A stretch of 62,859 nt of DNA, filler included, from Choristocarpus tenellus KU-1152 (taxonomy: Eukaryota > Protista > Phaeophyceae): NCBI GenBank assembly GCA_964200185.2. It is 8 parts of 8 records of this genome, joined end to end, with 100 filler letters (N's around TTAATTAATTAA, not from the genome) between each part and the next. Parts side by side here need not be neighbours in the genome. Positions count along the whole stretch, not along the records: positions 38,303 to 47,060 come from CAXNAD020004359.1; positions 47,161 to 50,168 come from CAXNAD020022970.1; positions 50,269 to 62,859 come from CAXNAD020001776.1; 5 more parts are not named here. One strand, 5' to 3'. Made by a program: the position numbers and the translations under genes. The notes beneath the pieces are model-generated. The model did not search any database. It saw only the letters and a program-made list of their open reading frames with translations, and was not told the origin of the DNA. Of the stretch, positions 39,764 through 52,061 are shown piece by piece; position 1 is the stretch's first letter; each line of letters opens with the position of its first letter.

Positions 39764-40324
39764 TAATTGAAAAAAGGCAATAAAAAAAGCACGATGTCAC
39801 ACCCCATCATGTCACTTTTCCTGTAGGAAATGTCAACCAATCAATCGAGCTGTGCCCAAGACGTTTTGGCCTCCAGCAATGCCCCTAAGCACATGAAGGG
39901 GGTTTAAAGATGCTGGGGGGGGGGGGGAGGTCTACACCAGGGTGTCCATCCTGGCCCTTCCAGGAGAAATCACTTATATTATCCATTCGATGTATGCAAT
40001 CCATTCACCCAAAAATCGCGACATGGAAAAATGGGCCCCGAATGGACAGCCGCCACCACCCCTTGATACTTTAAGCTCTATCGCCCGTCCTGTCAACACT
40101 GGCAATTTCATACTTTGTATTAGCTTTGATCACAACCGAAACATGAATGTAGATCATGAACAAAGTCGCACTAAGCACCAATCTCCATGAGCATCATAGT
40201 AGACAGGGCACGTTCACAAAAAAATAACCCAACGAACATTTCCCCTCACTTTTTTCAATGTTCGGCTTCGATTATTACAATTCAATCTAACAGTACCAAT
40301 ACAATCACGATTCACAACACTAAG

Positions 40325-40551
40325 GACTCAAAGTATCTGGGAGGGGGGGGGGATCTACACNNNNNNNNNNTGTTGTTTGAAGGATGGGGGGGGGGGGGAG
40401 ATCTACACCAGGGTGTCCATTTCGGGCCAAAACCAGGAAAAGTGCACCATATTATCCATCTGATGTATGCAAACAAACCACCCAAAATCGCGAAATGAAA
40501 AAATTGGCCCAAAATGGACAGCCTCCACCCCCCCCCCAGATACTTTGAGCC
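40325..40551 (+). mobile_element. MITE family A copy, TSD AAG (contains the 10-N gap)
   Basis: AAG|GACTCAAAGTATCTGG...CCAGATACTTTGAGCC|AAG. Confidence 0.88.
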
Positions 40552-40554
40552 AAG

Positions 40555-40770
40555 TAAACAAGAGGTACCCAGGTTTGGTCGTTTCGCATTAAGCCACCCT
40601 TCTCATTTATTGCAGTTCAACCTATTTCTATGGTTGAAGTGCTGATATTGACTTGAGACCATTGATTTCTCTATTGTTTGAGAATTTCAACAGAATTAAT
40701 AAAAATCCCTAGAAGCATTTGTGCAGCAGCCGAATTTTGCAACCCCAGGTACCTCTTTTTCGACAATCCC
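40555..40770. mobile_element. Probable further MITE (AAGAGGTACC...GGTACCTCTT ends); related fragment at about 51340-51483
   Basis: Inverted 10-mer ends; GAAGTGCT...GAC..GAGA.CA...TCTATTGTTTGA shared with the 51340 region. Confidence 0.5.
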
Positions 40771-40959
40771 TGGGTAAAGATAACTAGTGACGTGAGTATA
40801 TTCCGTTCAGTGCTATGTTAGATTAGGAGTGCGTACACCGGCATCAATATTTGGTCTCTACACCAGACTGAATTACAAAGACAAGGGAGGGCCATTGCCT
40901 GACTCCCCAGTGCACACGTACCCATTGATCCACTTACTCTCGTATATCTACCACTGTAA

Positions 40960-41134
40960 GACCCAACGTATTTGGGGGGGGGGGTCTACACCAGGGTGTA
41001 CATTTGGACCCTGACCAGGAAAAGTGCACTTGCAATATCCATGCGACACCTGCAACCAAATCACACGAAAATTGCGAAATGGAAATGTGGGTCCCAAACG
41101 AACAGCCGCTACCCCCCCTCAGATACTTTGAGCC
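40960..41134 (+). mobile_element. MITE family A copy, TSD TAA
   Basis: TAA|GACCCAACGTATTTGG...CAGATACTTTGAGCC|TAA. Confidence 0.9.
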
Positions 41135-41259
41135 TAACATAGAATAGAACAATGCAGATGGGATTACAAGACGTGTCTCTGATATACTTCCTTATTATTC
41201 AATACCAATAGTGAAATGTTGTTTCATGTCTGGTTAGGTACTCCAAACTGTACTTGGAG

Positions 41260-42067
41260 TTCCACCGGTGGTGTCAATGTGTGTCCTAGCACCTATTACC
41301 AACATGATTCCAGGTTCACAATGGACCAGAACTTCCGCATGGATATGGCATTCCTAGCTGGGGCACTATCAGAGGCCGGTTCAGTCCCCTACCAGGACAA
41401 AGGCTTCTTCTGGACGTTGATTTTCTCAAGGTCCAGGCATATTGCTACCTGACTATCTCATCCACCAGCAATGGTGTCGCTGCTGCAGCAACCGTGGCAC
41501 AAAAAATACCCCAAGTGAGGGAGGAATCATTCGATCCTTGTCGTTACAATCTCAACAACTTGCACTGGAAAGATATGGGCCCCTAGGTAAGTAGGCAGAG
41601 AACTTCCTTGATGAGGTGGCCACACATACATGTGATAGAGGGGGAAGAGAAGCTGGGGGTTACCATAGGAAGGTGACTGTCAAGACTTGGTTTAGACACC
41701 TAGTAGTGCAGCAATTGCACAGACAGGTGGTAGCCCTCTTGAGTTGTGTCATGTGTTTCAAGCGGAAGACACCAGACCGGTGGTTGGTAAGAAGCTGCTT
41801 CATAGATTCTTGGGATTCTTCCTAGGTTGGACATCTTTCTTTATTTTCGTGGGGCAAAGGAAGAAGATATCATGATGTGAAGATCTGTTCGTAGGGAAAT
41901 ATCTGACAAGTAACATTATTGTTAAAGTATAGTTAGTACAGATGTGAAGAGGAAGTATGTAGGGATTGACAACCATTGTACCAGGAGCTTTTCCTGGAGC
42001 TATTTTGTTTTGGGTCTTCCTTTATCTTAGCCCTCTGACACATCATTCACAAAATTTTAGTAGGCAA

Positions 42068-42112
<45 letters not shown>
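41260..42112 (+). mobile_element. RLE non-LTR retrotransposon, copy 2 (older, diverged), with (AAT)n tail
   Basis: DQNFRMDMAFLAGALSEAGSVPYQDKG...SFDPCRYNL...ENFLDEVATH...; degenerate hairpin CCCTCTGACACATC followed by about 14 AAT units. Confidence 0.8.
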
Positions 42113-42113
<1 letters not shown>

Positions 42114-43016
42114 TGAAGAACCCTGTGAAAATGTGTGGTGCATAAAATGCAAAACCAGAGCTGGTTAGCCCACGTGGAATTGGGTTCATCTCCTGAAGGT
42201 AAAAAAAAAAACTACCAGCACAAAATTAGTGATTATTGTAAGGAGGGAGTTGAACAAACTGGTGTTGTTTGACACAGTCTTTACTATTTCTGAAAAAGAA
42301 CTGAAGGAATGCCACAAATTGGAAGAAATAATTTTTCACACCCTACGTACAACAAGCTGTGTTACTTGCTATGTTACTTGCTACAACATTCCTTTTTCTA
42401 GGATTCTTCTTGTTGTACAATAATAACCATAACCCGGATAATATTTTCGTAGTCACCGAACAAAAACATTACTATCAATTATCCTGTTATCCAACAATAA
42501 TATTTCAACAACTCAGTGTTTCTCCTACAGAATAATCTTTTACACATACATGAATAAAAGGCATATTCTTAACAAATACCACTCTGGAGTTTACACCTAT
42601 TTCTCCGAAGTGGAGTGGATCTTTCAAATAACGCAAGAACCTTGTTTTGGAGTGAAATGGGCCACTGTTTTTGGTTGTTATTGTACCCGATTCTCAGTTG
42701 CTACCCTATTATGAAATACTCTTGGAGTATGCGAATAGTTTGAACCTTTGCAGGATGGCAGGAAGTGGTTGTTGTCATGCTCGCATGATATCAAGTTATG
42801 AGACATCATCACGTTTTCATAATAGACATTGTCAGTACGAGCTGAGTAGAAACACTAAACGACCTTTTGCTTTTTCAGATCTCAAGTAACAGAGGTACAA
42901 AAATATCACAGAAGGAAATAAGGGCAGTATGACAACACAAACTGGTAGAAAGGACAGGGGAAGAAATGATAATAGCCAAAAGATATATACCGGTTTGCAT
43001 CTTATGATAGCTACTG

Positions 43017-43490
43017 TTATAACCTCAACACCTTCGCGGTGGAAAGCTTTGGGCGCCTCTGCAAGCAAGCGGAAGGTTTTCTGGATGAGCTAGCTACGCA
43101 TACGGTAGGGGGGAGAGGGAAAGGAGGTTGTAGCAGGAAGGGGGCCGTCAAATCCCGTCTACGACAGATGTTTCTGTCACAACACAGGTAGCCCTATCCA
43201 GACAGGCCATACACTTTAAGCTGGAGACACCAAGGAGATGGGCAAGGAGGGGCTGGTTAGATTCGTGGGATGCCTCCCTAACCCCTCACCCTGGAGTACA
43301 GGGCTAAGCTAGGTTAGAGGCACAGGAAGGAAACGGTGTGGCGTAACTGGTAGTAAAGTAATGAATAGACTAATGTTTTTCACATTTATGACCACTGTTA
43401 CTTTTTTAGGGTTTATGATGGCATGTGAATAGTTTTCATTGATTTTTCCCTGACACATCTGTAAAATGTCAGAGGGCATAATAATAAGAA
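43017..43490 (+). mobile_element. RLE non-LTR retrotransposon, copy 3, 5'-truncated, 10-bp TSD
   Basis: YNLNTFAVESFGRLCKQAEGFLDELATHTVGGRG...RKGAVKSRLRQ / VTTQVALSRQAIHFKL; 3' hairpin plus ATAATAAT; ATAGCTACTG at 43007-43016 and 43491-43500. Confidence 0.88.
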
Positions 43491-44249
43491 ATAGCTACTG
43501 CTAATAGTATACTTTGAGTGCATTATATTATATTTGTGCTACTGACATTTTGAAGATGTTTCATAGGTACCAACAAACTTCTCATAGTAGGGTTACACAG
43601 TGTAAACCAACAACCGTAGTTTGTATGGGATGAGGTCCTTGTATTGGACTAATACCAGAGTGAAAGTATCTTAGAGGGTACGAGTTTTGCCCTGTTTGTT
43701 TGTCCATTTGGAGCTTGGATTCCGGTGGGATTTTTTTATTACATTTTCCTACTCCAAAATGTTTCATAGTAGGTAAAATGTAACGTTATGAAAAGTTGTG
43801 TCCGGAACAAAGATATTGACACTTCCTAACGAAGACGATAGCCAAAATTACATCAAAATCGAAAAAATATTTTTTGGCCCCAAACCGACGCTGCTCTACC
43901 TCTAAGATACTTGGGCTCATCAGTACAGTAACACAACAAATGCTGCAGTCTCATTCCACCGCTACCAACAACTATTGGCAAGTTGGAGGCTATATTTGGT
44001 CTTCTTCGTCAAGAAATGCACTGACAGAGAGCTGAACGAGTCATTGCTAACCGAAGTATCACCACCAGCCAGTCCCTATAGTAGAAACATACATCAATTC
44101 CTTGTGGTGCTACTGATTGGGGAGACGGTGGAAGCTGGTTTGTTTGAACACTCCTTGTGAGGGCCCCGAAGCTCTGGGAAGCAACAACAAACAGCAAGAA
44201 CCTCAAGAACTGCAAATCCGTACATCTCCTCGAAGCTGGTATGGAATCC

Positions 44250-44769
44250 GTAAATTTATTAATTATGCAGTGTGTGGTAGGGGAGGTGGCGGTCTTGGCA
44301 GGAAGGGAGAGGTGGAGGCATGACTTAAATATATTAGGTTTATCACAGCACTAATAGTGGCAATTTCAAGGCATGTCATACATTTTAAGCTGGAGATACC
44401 ACCCCTGTCTGGTGTGCAAGGCAAAGCTTGGCAGACTCGTGGAACTCTTCCCTTGTTTCTTGATCACCTTCACAGTGCCAGTTTAGGAGTAGTTTCAGCT
44501 GTATACCATGTCTTAATCTATAGACTTCTTGGTTGTTTACAGACAAAATATGCGTTTGCCTGTACATAGAGTCCTAGTATGGATGGCGATGATTCTTGTT
44601 TTTACCATATATACTACAACTTAACTATGGGTGGGTGTATCACAAGTATGTTTTACTGTAGGCAATGCCAACTTCGTTGTCGTGTTTGTTGCATTATTTG
44701 CGTTATATATTGCTTCCTTGTTCCCTCCACGACAAGTCCTGGAAAATAGATGTCAGGGGGCATAATAAT
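44250..44769 (+). mobile_element. RLE non-LTR retrotransposon, copy 4 (fragment)
   Basis: AVCGRGGGGLGRKGEVEA*...VAISRHVIHFKLE; ends TGTCAGGGGGCATAATAAT. Confidence 0.7.
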
Positions 44770-44917
44770 GTGTACGTTGATCCAGTGATTATTCTGTAAA
44801 ATATATATAAAAACAGTATCATGTGTTCGTCACGATACTACTTGCATTGTTTTGTTCCCTCCATGTCAGAAACTCGAGGCCTACCTACAGTGGTCGCTCT
44901 TGTGTAGGCAGAAATGC

Positions 44918-45718
44918 CTACTTCATGACGATGAAGATCCTCTTGCCTCTGTCTGCGTTGTCTGGTGCTGGTTGTACAACCAAGTTATTATCTGATGAGA
45001 GGAACTGTTGGAAGTGACCAGCTGACTCTACTCCCAGAATGCTTGTTGCAGTTTCATATGCAACACCATCACTTGCGCTACCTCGAGTGCTATTTCTTAA
45101 CAAACTAGCCTCAGCTTTGGGATAGAAGAAGTATGCAGTGCCGGTTTCCCAGTAACTCGAATCAGCAGACTGATGGAACGGGAGGCTTTGCATATGCCCA
45201 TCTGTTGCCACTGTCTCAGGTCCTTCACCAGGATACCTCACAATGCCTTGTCGTCTAGATGCGTAAAGGTGTGGAATGCGACGGCGTGACTCTACAGACA
45301 AGATGTCGTTGTCACTCCCACTGCTTGCCTGCCCATGACCATTTTTTCCGTTAAAAGCCTCGCCTCTGGTTCGATCGGCCGGAGGTCCTGTCTCATTTGC
45401 AACCTTCCTGTGAAGACAACCTGATCCTAGATCTGCAATAGGCTCGTACCAGGCCAGACCTGGGACATCGCTTTCTCCATAATCTTGACGCATCTTACCG
45501 AGCGAACTGCCTTGATGGATGTCGTTGTATGCGAATACAACGCCGTCGCCACTGGCATTTTCCTCGTTTACCCCTTCCCTCCCAGTAAAGACAGTGCTTT
45601 CTGCCACCGAATGGTGTTCCTGCATTTTACGTGTGCGGAATGGCACCACCAGTTGGCCCCCCATTGAGTTTGGTGACTCCCTCGACTCGTTCCTTAAAGG
45701 TTGCACTTGGCTGTGCAC
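44918..45718 (-). CDS. 266-codon ORF or exon, unknown Ser/Gly/Glu-rich protein
   Basis: Long open frame with higher GC than its flanks; no recognisable motif. Confidence 0.5.
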   Translation of the reverse strand: MHSQVQPLRNESRESPNSMGGQLVVPFRTRKMQEHHSVAESTVFTGREGVNEENASGDGVVFAYNDIHQGSSLGKMRQDYGESDVPGLAWYEPIADLGSGCLHRKVANETGPPADRTRGEAFNGKNGHGQASSGSDNDILSVESRRRIPHLYASRRQGIVRYPGEGPETVATDGHMQSLPFHQSADSSYWETGTAYFFYPKAEASLLRNSTRGSASDGVAYETATSILGVESAGHFQQFLSSDNNLVVQPAPDNADRGKRIFIVMK

Positions 45719-46489
45719 TTCTTGGATTCAACAACGCTGTTATGCCAGCGCTTCAAAACACTATTGAGCTCTCCCAATCATATCAATATTATCTACTGGG
45801 GAGTATTTCGTAGTGGGATGCTTCCCCTACTTTAAATTCCAGTATGCTTCCAGGCTATAGACCAGGTTACAGCGATCAGGGTCTGAGAATCACGTAGTTT
45901 GACTGAAAGGTAACTCGATACGTACACTTTGCATTCGCGTTTCATATAGTTGTAGTGTAGTAGTACTTCAATTAAGGTGGTTCTAGAGTATTTAACATAA
46001 GCAACAACAATTCGGTTTCAGCCGTTTTGCATTCTTTTGGGGATTAGTGTTGGATCGTAGGATCACGTATTGGCATACTGTCTGCAAGAAATAAATACAT
46101 TCTTCCTGTCTCTCTGTTGTACTTCGTATGATGCAGCCTGGATGAGGGAAACGATGAAGGAGGAGATGGTTGCAGACAATGACATTCAAACCTACACTAT
46201 TCCAGAAATACCAAAACATATCAACAAGTTCTACTATCAATTTGTTTTCCAATCATTTTGAATTTCTATGTGAAGGAGTATCAATATGTGGAGTTGTTCA
46301 CGGGGATGTATGAGGAAACATTGAATACTCCACAAGCGATCTCAATGATAATAAAAGTCGTCGCCATCGATGTCTAGGGATCTACAATTTCTGATCGCTC
46401 CCCATTCGTTTCTCCGTAATCCACCATGTTGTTACTGGTGACAATATAGTAACTCCCCCAAAATGCTACAATACAAATTATGAACCCTT

Positions 46490-46740
46490 GAGTCATACTA
46501 ACCAAGACCCGGTCGCATTGTAAGGATCCACACAAATGGTCAAAGTTTTTTTTGTACATTACAAACAGGATACTAGGTATTCTGTGGCTATTTTTTTGGT
46601 AGCCTCTCTTCTGTAGTAACTTTTTTTTGCGCCTGTATTTTCCATGTAGAACTTGAAATAGGATGTATTGCACACAGGTTAAGAAAAGGGATACAATGTA
46701 AAACCGTCAAAATGTGGATACCTCTCACTTCGTATGACTC
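46490..46740. mobile_element. MITE family D (251 bp), TSD CTT
   Basis: CTT|GAGTCATAC...GTATGACTC|CTT; the right end TACCTCTCACTTCGT is shared with family C. Confidence 0.75.
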
Positions 46741-47437
46741 CTTCGAATTCTCGACAATTGCTTCCTCTTGTAGTGGAGTGCCAGGAGTTCGATTCCTAGT
46801 ATGAGAACAGTCACAGATATCTAGATAAAGAGGGATAGTAGTTGGAGTCCAAACTACTTTTGTTCGTGTGCAATAGTGTATCACCTAGTGACCATATCAA
46901 CATAACAAGGCCATATGACTTGACCCCAACTTGACCATACGCATGGTCTGGAGTATGTATAACATCATAATATGTTGCATATGACCCAAAGTATCTGTGG
47001 GGGGGGGGGGGGGGCTACACCAGGGGGGCCATTTACACCAAAATCAGGAAAAGTGCATTTNNNNNNNNNNNNNNNNNNNNNNNNNNNNNNNNNNNNNNNN
47101 NNNNTTAATTAATTAANNNNNNNNNNNNNNNNNNNNNNNNNNNNNNNNNNNNNNNNNNNNAGCATGGGCTGCGGGAGTTTTAGCTCTACTAAGGAACGAT
47201 CGGACCTGGGGTTGTGCACAGACTATAGGATTCTCGATGATCTCCCGTACTCCAGGTGTGTGGGATCAGATGTTAATTTCCCGCAGTTCCATGCTGAAGA
47301 GGATGGTTTGATCATGTCGGGTTCTGTTGTAGCTGCTTAAACCTCTGCTTTGATCATTTAGTCTCTTTCGTAGAAGCGTACCTTTCAATTGCTAAATGGG
47401 GAGTACAGTTCTCATATATATACAAGTGGTGTATGTA

Positions 47438-49611
47438 CTCCCTCTGTCCCATAAGTCTGGGCCGTTAAGTTGTACCTCTTGAGGATGATGACCTTCAATT
47501 ACAAAACGGACTTTTGTGTTGGTTTCCTTGGGATATTTTGCATCAAAGAACTAAATTGCAAAGAATTATACAAAGAAGTCTGTTCTGAATTGCTTTCAAT
47601 ATAATGGAACACAAAATGGGGAATATTCTTATTGTGTTTTCATTTTCCTCACGTAGGATGGGTCCGCACGACACTCTCACACCCCCCACAGCCTGTTGTC
47701 CCCGGCACGAAGCCTACCATCTCGGGGAGAGAACTGCTCTGCTTTATGCATTGGTTCTTCCTCCGGGTCACGAGAGGCTCCCGAGGGATGTGGCTCTAAG
47801 TTGGAGAAGGAGTTTGGAGTGGGAGAGAGACACCCTAGACGGGTGTTGGCGCGCTTCAAAGAACAGTTAGGCAGAGGGAATACCGTCTCCCTGAAATCAC
47901 AAGCACGATCTGGACGGCTGTCGGACTTTACCCCAACGAAAGAAGCGAAGATCGGGGAAATCAATGCCAGTAATCGCACACTGACTATCGGCCAACTTTC
48001 CGCCAAGCTCGCCGAAGCAGGCCTCGCAGTTGGCAGCTAAAGGTTCATTGCTGACTCGAAGCCATGGGGGCAACGAGGATTCAGCGCCGCGTCACCCCTA
48101 GCCTTTCGTTTTCTCACAAGAAGAACAAGGTGGACTTCATCCTCAACCAGATCTCCTGCAACCGTAAGACCTACAGGACTGGCCTGAACACCATTCACAT
48201 CGACGAGGCGTGGTCCTACCTATACAAAAATAGTAAGTCGTAAGGTGTACCCTGTTTTGTATATGTGGGATTATAACGTTGAAATGAGTCCATGTGATGG
48301 AACTAATGATACAGTGCATCTGGATTATATACGTGGTTTCCACGCAATGTTTTATAGTAGTCTTATGTTTAGGACGTTATATATACATATATATATAATT
48401 TTCATTGGTTTCCCCCCTGACACATCTGCAAAATGTCAGAGGGCATAATAATATAATATATGGGGTTTGGTATTGCAATTAAACAGTTGACTTATGTTTG
48501 AGGCACAAATAATAATAAAAGTAATAAGAAGACAACCCACTAGATCACTCTTCTTTTCAACCATGTGATCGTATTCAGTAATGGGGAATCGTGTGAGGCT
48601 TCCATCTCTTTCTTCTCTCTTCTTCCATACTGACACAAACAGCAGTCTAAATCTGCACAGGTCATAAATACTTTCCAAGTTTTACTGCACACTACCTCAT
48701 CCGCGAGCGAGAGATGTTGTGCATGTTCCCAGGGGAGGAAAAAAGTTGGGCTTAATGAAGGTGCAGCACAAGAATCACATTAAGCGATGTTCATCTCTAC
48801 TGTTTCGCACCTGGATCCTTCCCATGATTTCAACGGCAAGATCGGGATTTGGCAGGTTTGCGTCACGAAGGAGGCGCAATGGACTATAGCGTGGTGCACA
48901 AAGGGTGAGGAGTACAGAGTCGACTTCACTATCGACACTGAGTGGTACCTGGAGTGAAACACGGAGCTGCTGTTGCCAGCGATCTAGGAAAACCCTATCC
49001 CTAACCCTAACACATGCCATGCCTGGAATCGGGGGGGACTTCCATACAGCAGGATGGCGTGACCCCACATACGAGTAAGGGCATGGTCCAGAAGCTGAAC
49101 CCAGCAGGGATAGAGGAGGGATGGAACATTAAGTTCATGACGCAGCCAGCACAGTCGCCGGATCTCAACATCAATGATATTTGGAGGTTTTTGCAACTCT
49201 GAAGAGCAGGGTTTGAGCAGAGCGTTACCGTACCGTTGATGAACTTGTTTGTAGAGGGGTTTCAAGCATGTTCCACATGTACGACACAGACACACTCGAG
49301 AAGGTGTGTGGTAGAGTCTGTTGTGAAGAGGTACAATCAGGTGCTAAGAGCGCTGGGGGGGAACGATTTCGAGGTGGAGCACACCAGGACCAAAAAAGGC
49401 AGTGGGAGAGCCGGTTGGCTAGATCAGTCGAAGTAGACTGAGTGGCCTCAGTGGCGGCCCTGGATTGGCGGGTGACGGTGTCGAATAAAGGCGAGACGTA
49501 GTTTCCTAATGCAAATTATTCCAAGGAATCCAACGCAAAGAGGTCCGTTTTGTAATTGGAGGTCATCCCAAAGAACTACAACTTAACAGCCCAGACTTAG
49601 AACAGATGGAG
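47438..49611 (+). mobile_element. Both-ends-intact but defective plant-type (DD39D-like) mariner, copy 2, TA TSD, long imperfect TIRs
   Basis: TA|CTCCCTCTGTCCC...GAACAGATGGAG|TA, about 100-bp inverted ends. Catalytic motifs IHIDEAW, IQQDGVTPH and QPAQSPDLNIND, with 40 residues between the 2nd and 3rd D. Stops, frameshifts and two insertions (48222-48691, 48993-49013). Confidence 0.92.
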
Positions 49612-50510
49612 TATATACAGCACCTCTCTAGAGCATAGAGAAACCCTTCTAGTATCTCACAGCTATACTCCTGAAGTACTCCATCAACTTCGTTAAATGT
49701 TCCTCTGACCTGGCATCCATTAAAGAAGCCGTTGTTTCCCAAGACTTGGGTGTAATAATAATAACAATAATAATAATAATAATAAATACAGGGCATTGAA
49801 GTGGCAATGTTGGTGATAAAATGGCTCGATTAATTCCTTCTCTTGGGAAAACAATACGTAGATTAAGTAAGAAGAAAGGAGGAGAGAGGTCACAAGCCCT
49901 AGGACGAGGTCCTTGCCACAAGAACAATCCCACTGTGTGGATCACTAATCACATATTACTTGCTAAAATGTTTCCTGCTCTTAAGTCTTCCATATTCTAG
50001 TTCATCAACCTATACTCATTTCCTATCCTTGAGAACACCAACTAAATTCCTACCATAGATGATTGTTTCTAATCATAATCTATTCTTACATTAAAAATAA
50101 ATCGACCCAAAGTATCTGGGGGGGGGGGGTCTACAGCAGGGTGTCCATTTGGACCAAAATCAGTAAAANNNNNNNNNNNNNNNNNNNNNNNNNNNNNNNN
50201 NNNNNNNNNNNNTTAATTAATTAANNNNNNNNNNNNNNNNNNNNNNNNNNNNNNNNNNNNNNNNNNNNCCCCCCCCAGATACTTTGGGTCAATACTACTG
50301 ACATACCTCTACATAAACCCACTCCCCATACACTGCCCCTTCCGTCCCACAACACCATGCTCTCTCTCTATGATCTGATAGTACTCTTGTTGTTGAAACA
50401 CATCTGAAGGATGAGAAATATCTAGCTCCTCGTTTTTTCTACCTTCTACTTTAGTTGTCTCAGCTGCTCAAGATTATTGTGTTAAGGGTAAAGGGTGTTG
50501 GGATTTCTCA

Positions 50511-51230
50511 CCGTGCTGATTCCAAGATGTCACACTGTATGTCCAGGGGTATGCCTAGAGTGAGGCAGTATGTGGTGCTGGGTCTGAGACCAAGCAACAG
50601 CATTGCTTCTGAGGCCACCTGCACAAGTTGTGTAGACTTCCTTTCCCCATTTGAGTCGTCAGATTCGTTGTCCCCCCTTTCCTCCAATTGTTCCACTTCC
50701 GAACCCTAAGAGGCCAAGAGCTTATGGGTGAGAAAAACAAGTGCGCTGCAAAGTGTACACTGTATTTTTGTGTACTATGTCAAGATGCTTAGAAGGGGGA
50801 TATAGGACAGAAACATTTTCATAGTTATGTTGTACTTGATGAAGACATATACCACATAACTCCTTGGCTCCAGTAATTCTGGATCCTGAATTCTTGGTGT
50901 ATGTTGGTGTGGATATTTCGCTGTCGCTTCCAGAAATAACATGTTGGAACACATCAATCGCTGTCGCTTCCAGAAATAGCATGTTGGAACACATCAAACA
51001 CTCTCGCACCTGGCGGAGAAGTACCTCAATTTTACCTATCGCAGAGTCTTCTTGGATCTCCCCTGTTGATCTTGTCTCAACAGTCACATCTAAGGGGGAT
51101 GACACTTTTCCCACTCTATCTGAAGCTCTAGTGTCATTTTCTTGTGGTCCCCTTCTTGTTCGTGCTTGTAACCGTTCTGGAGGATGGATGAGGGAAATTT
51201 CCATCACCAAGATCCTTTGTTTCAAGCATC
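50511..51230 (-). CDS. Two coding exons of unknown function (possibly the 3' continuation of the pseudokinase gene)
   Basis: EISLIHPPERL...IEVLLRQ|GTGCGA and AG|GSEVEQLEERGD...LLGLRPSTTYCLTLGIPLDIQCDILESAR|GTGAGA. Confidence 0.5.
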
Positions 51231-52061
51231 GGCAGGCCAGGGGGTTAGGTGTATTCACCAGGATTGTGAAAGGCCTTGATATTTGACAAGATTTGATGAC
51301 ACTTCTGGCATTATAGCTGCCACCCATATTTCTACGTATGAAGTGCTAAGTTTGACTGAGAACAATTTTATCTATTGTTTGAAAATTTTCTTATACGCAT
51401 TTTTAAAAATAGACGAAATTTGCACATATTTATCGGCATCCTAAAAATGCAACTCTGGGGACCTTTTTGCATGCTTTGCCTCAGTGTACAACTGAATGTA
51501 GCGCCTAGCACAGTGCGTCAAGATGTTAAGAAATGTGAGTGAAACTTTGTTACTTGATGTGTGAGAATTGTTAGATCCCTTCGATTCCCACATCTACAGA
51601 ATAGCTTTGTACAACCCACCTCAACCTCGGGTCTCATGTTGATACAGATATGAACAAATCATCAGTTATATACACATGATCTTTGCGATAATTTGACCCA
51701 AACAACAAAGGATTTCTTTGGGAAAATGTTTCACTTGCTTTCAAAGAACTACGCATGCTCAACAAATTCCAGATCGACTCATTTCCCTGATGATACAACT
51801 ACAGCACATCTTTCCTCTTCAAGTTGAAGTTGAGTAAATCTAATCATTGTCATAGAACACATATAGCCCAGATAAACGTTTGCACCTTTTTCAATGATAA
51901 TACAGTCACTCCTAAGTATGTGCGTTTCTCATAATGGTCCTCTCCTTTCCTAATAATCTTTCAACAAAAAACATTGACCTTTCCCCGTTCCCTCCTTCTG
52001 TTTAATCCCCCTATCTATCCAAGCTGTATGACTGGAAAGGGGAGTGGACGACCTTTCACAA

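Noticed and set aside
50104-50290. One MITE-A copy spanning the linker
   Set aside because: Both halves carry the GACCC-type end and the flanks differ (ATC vs AAT), so these are likely two copies and the join is not supported.
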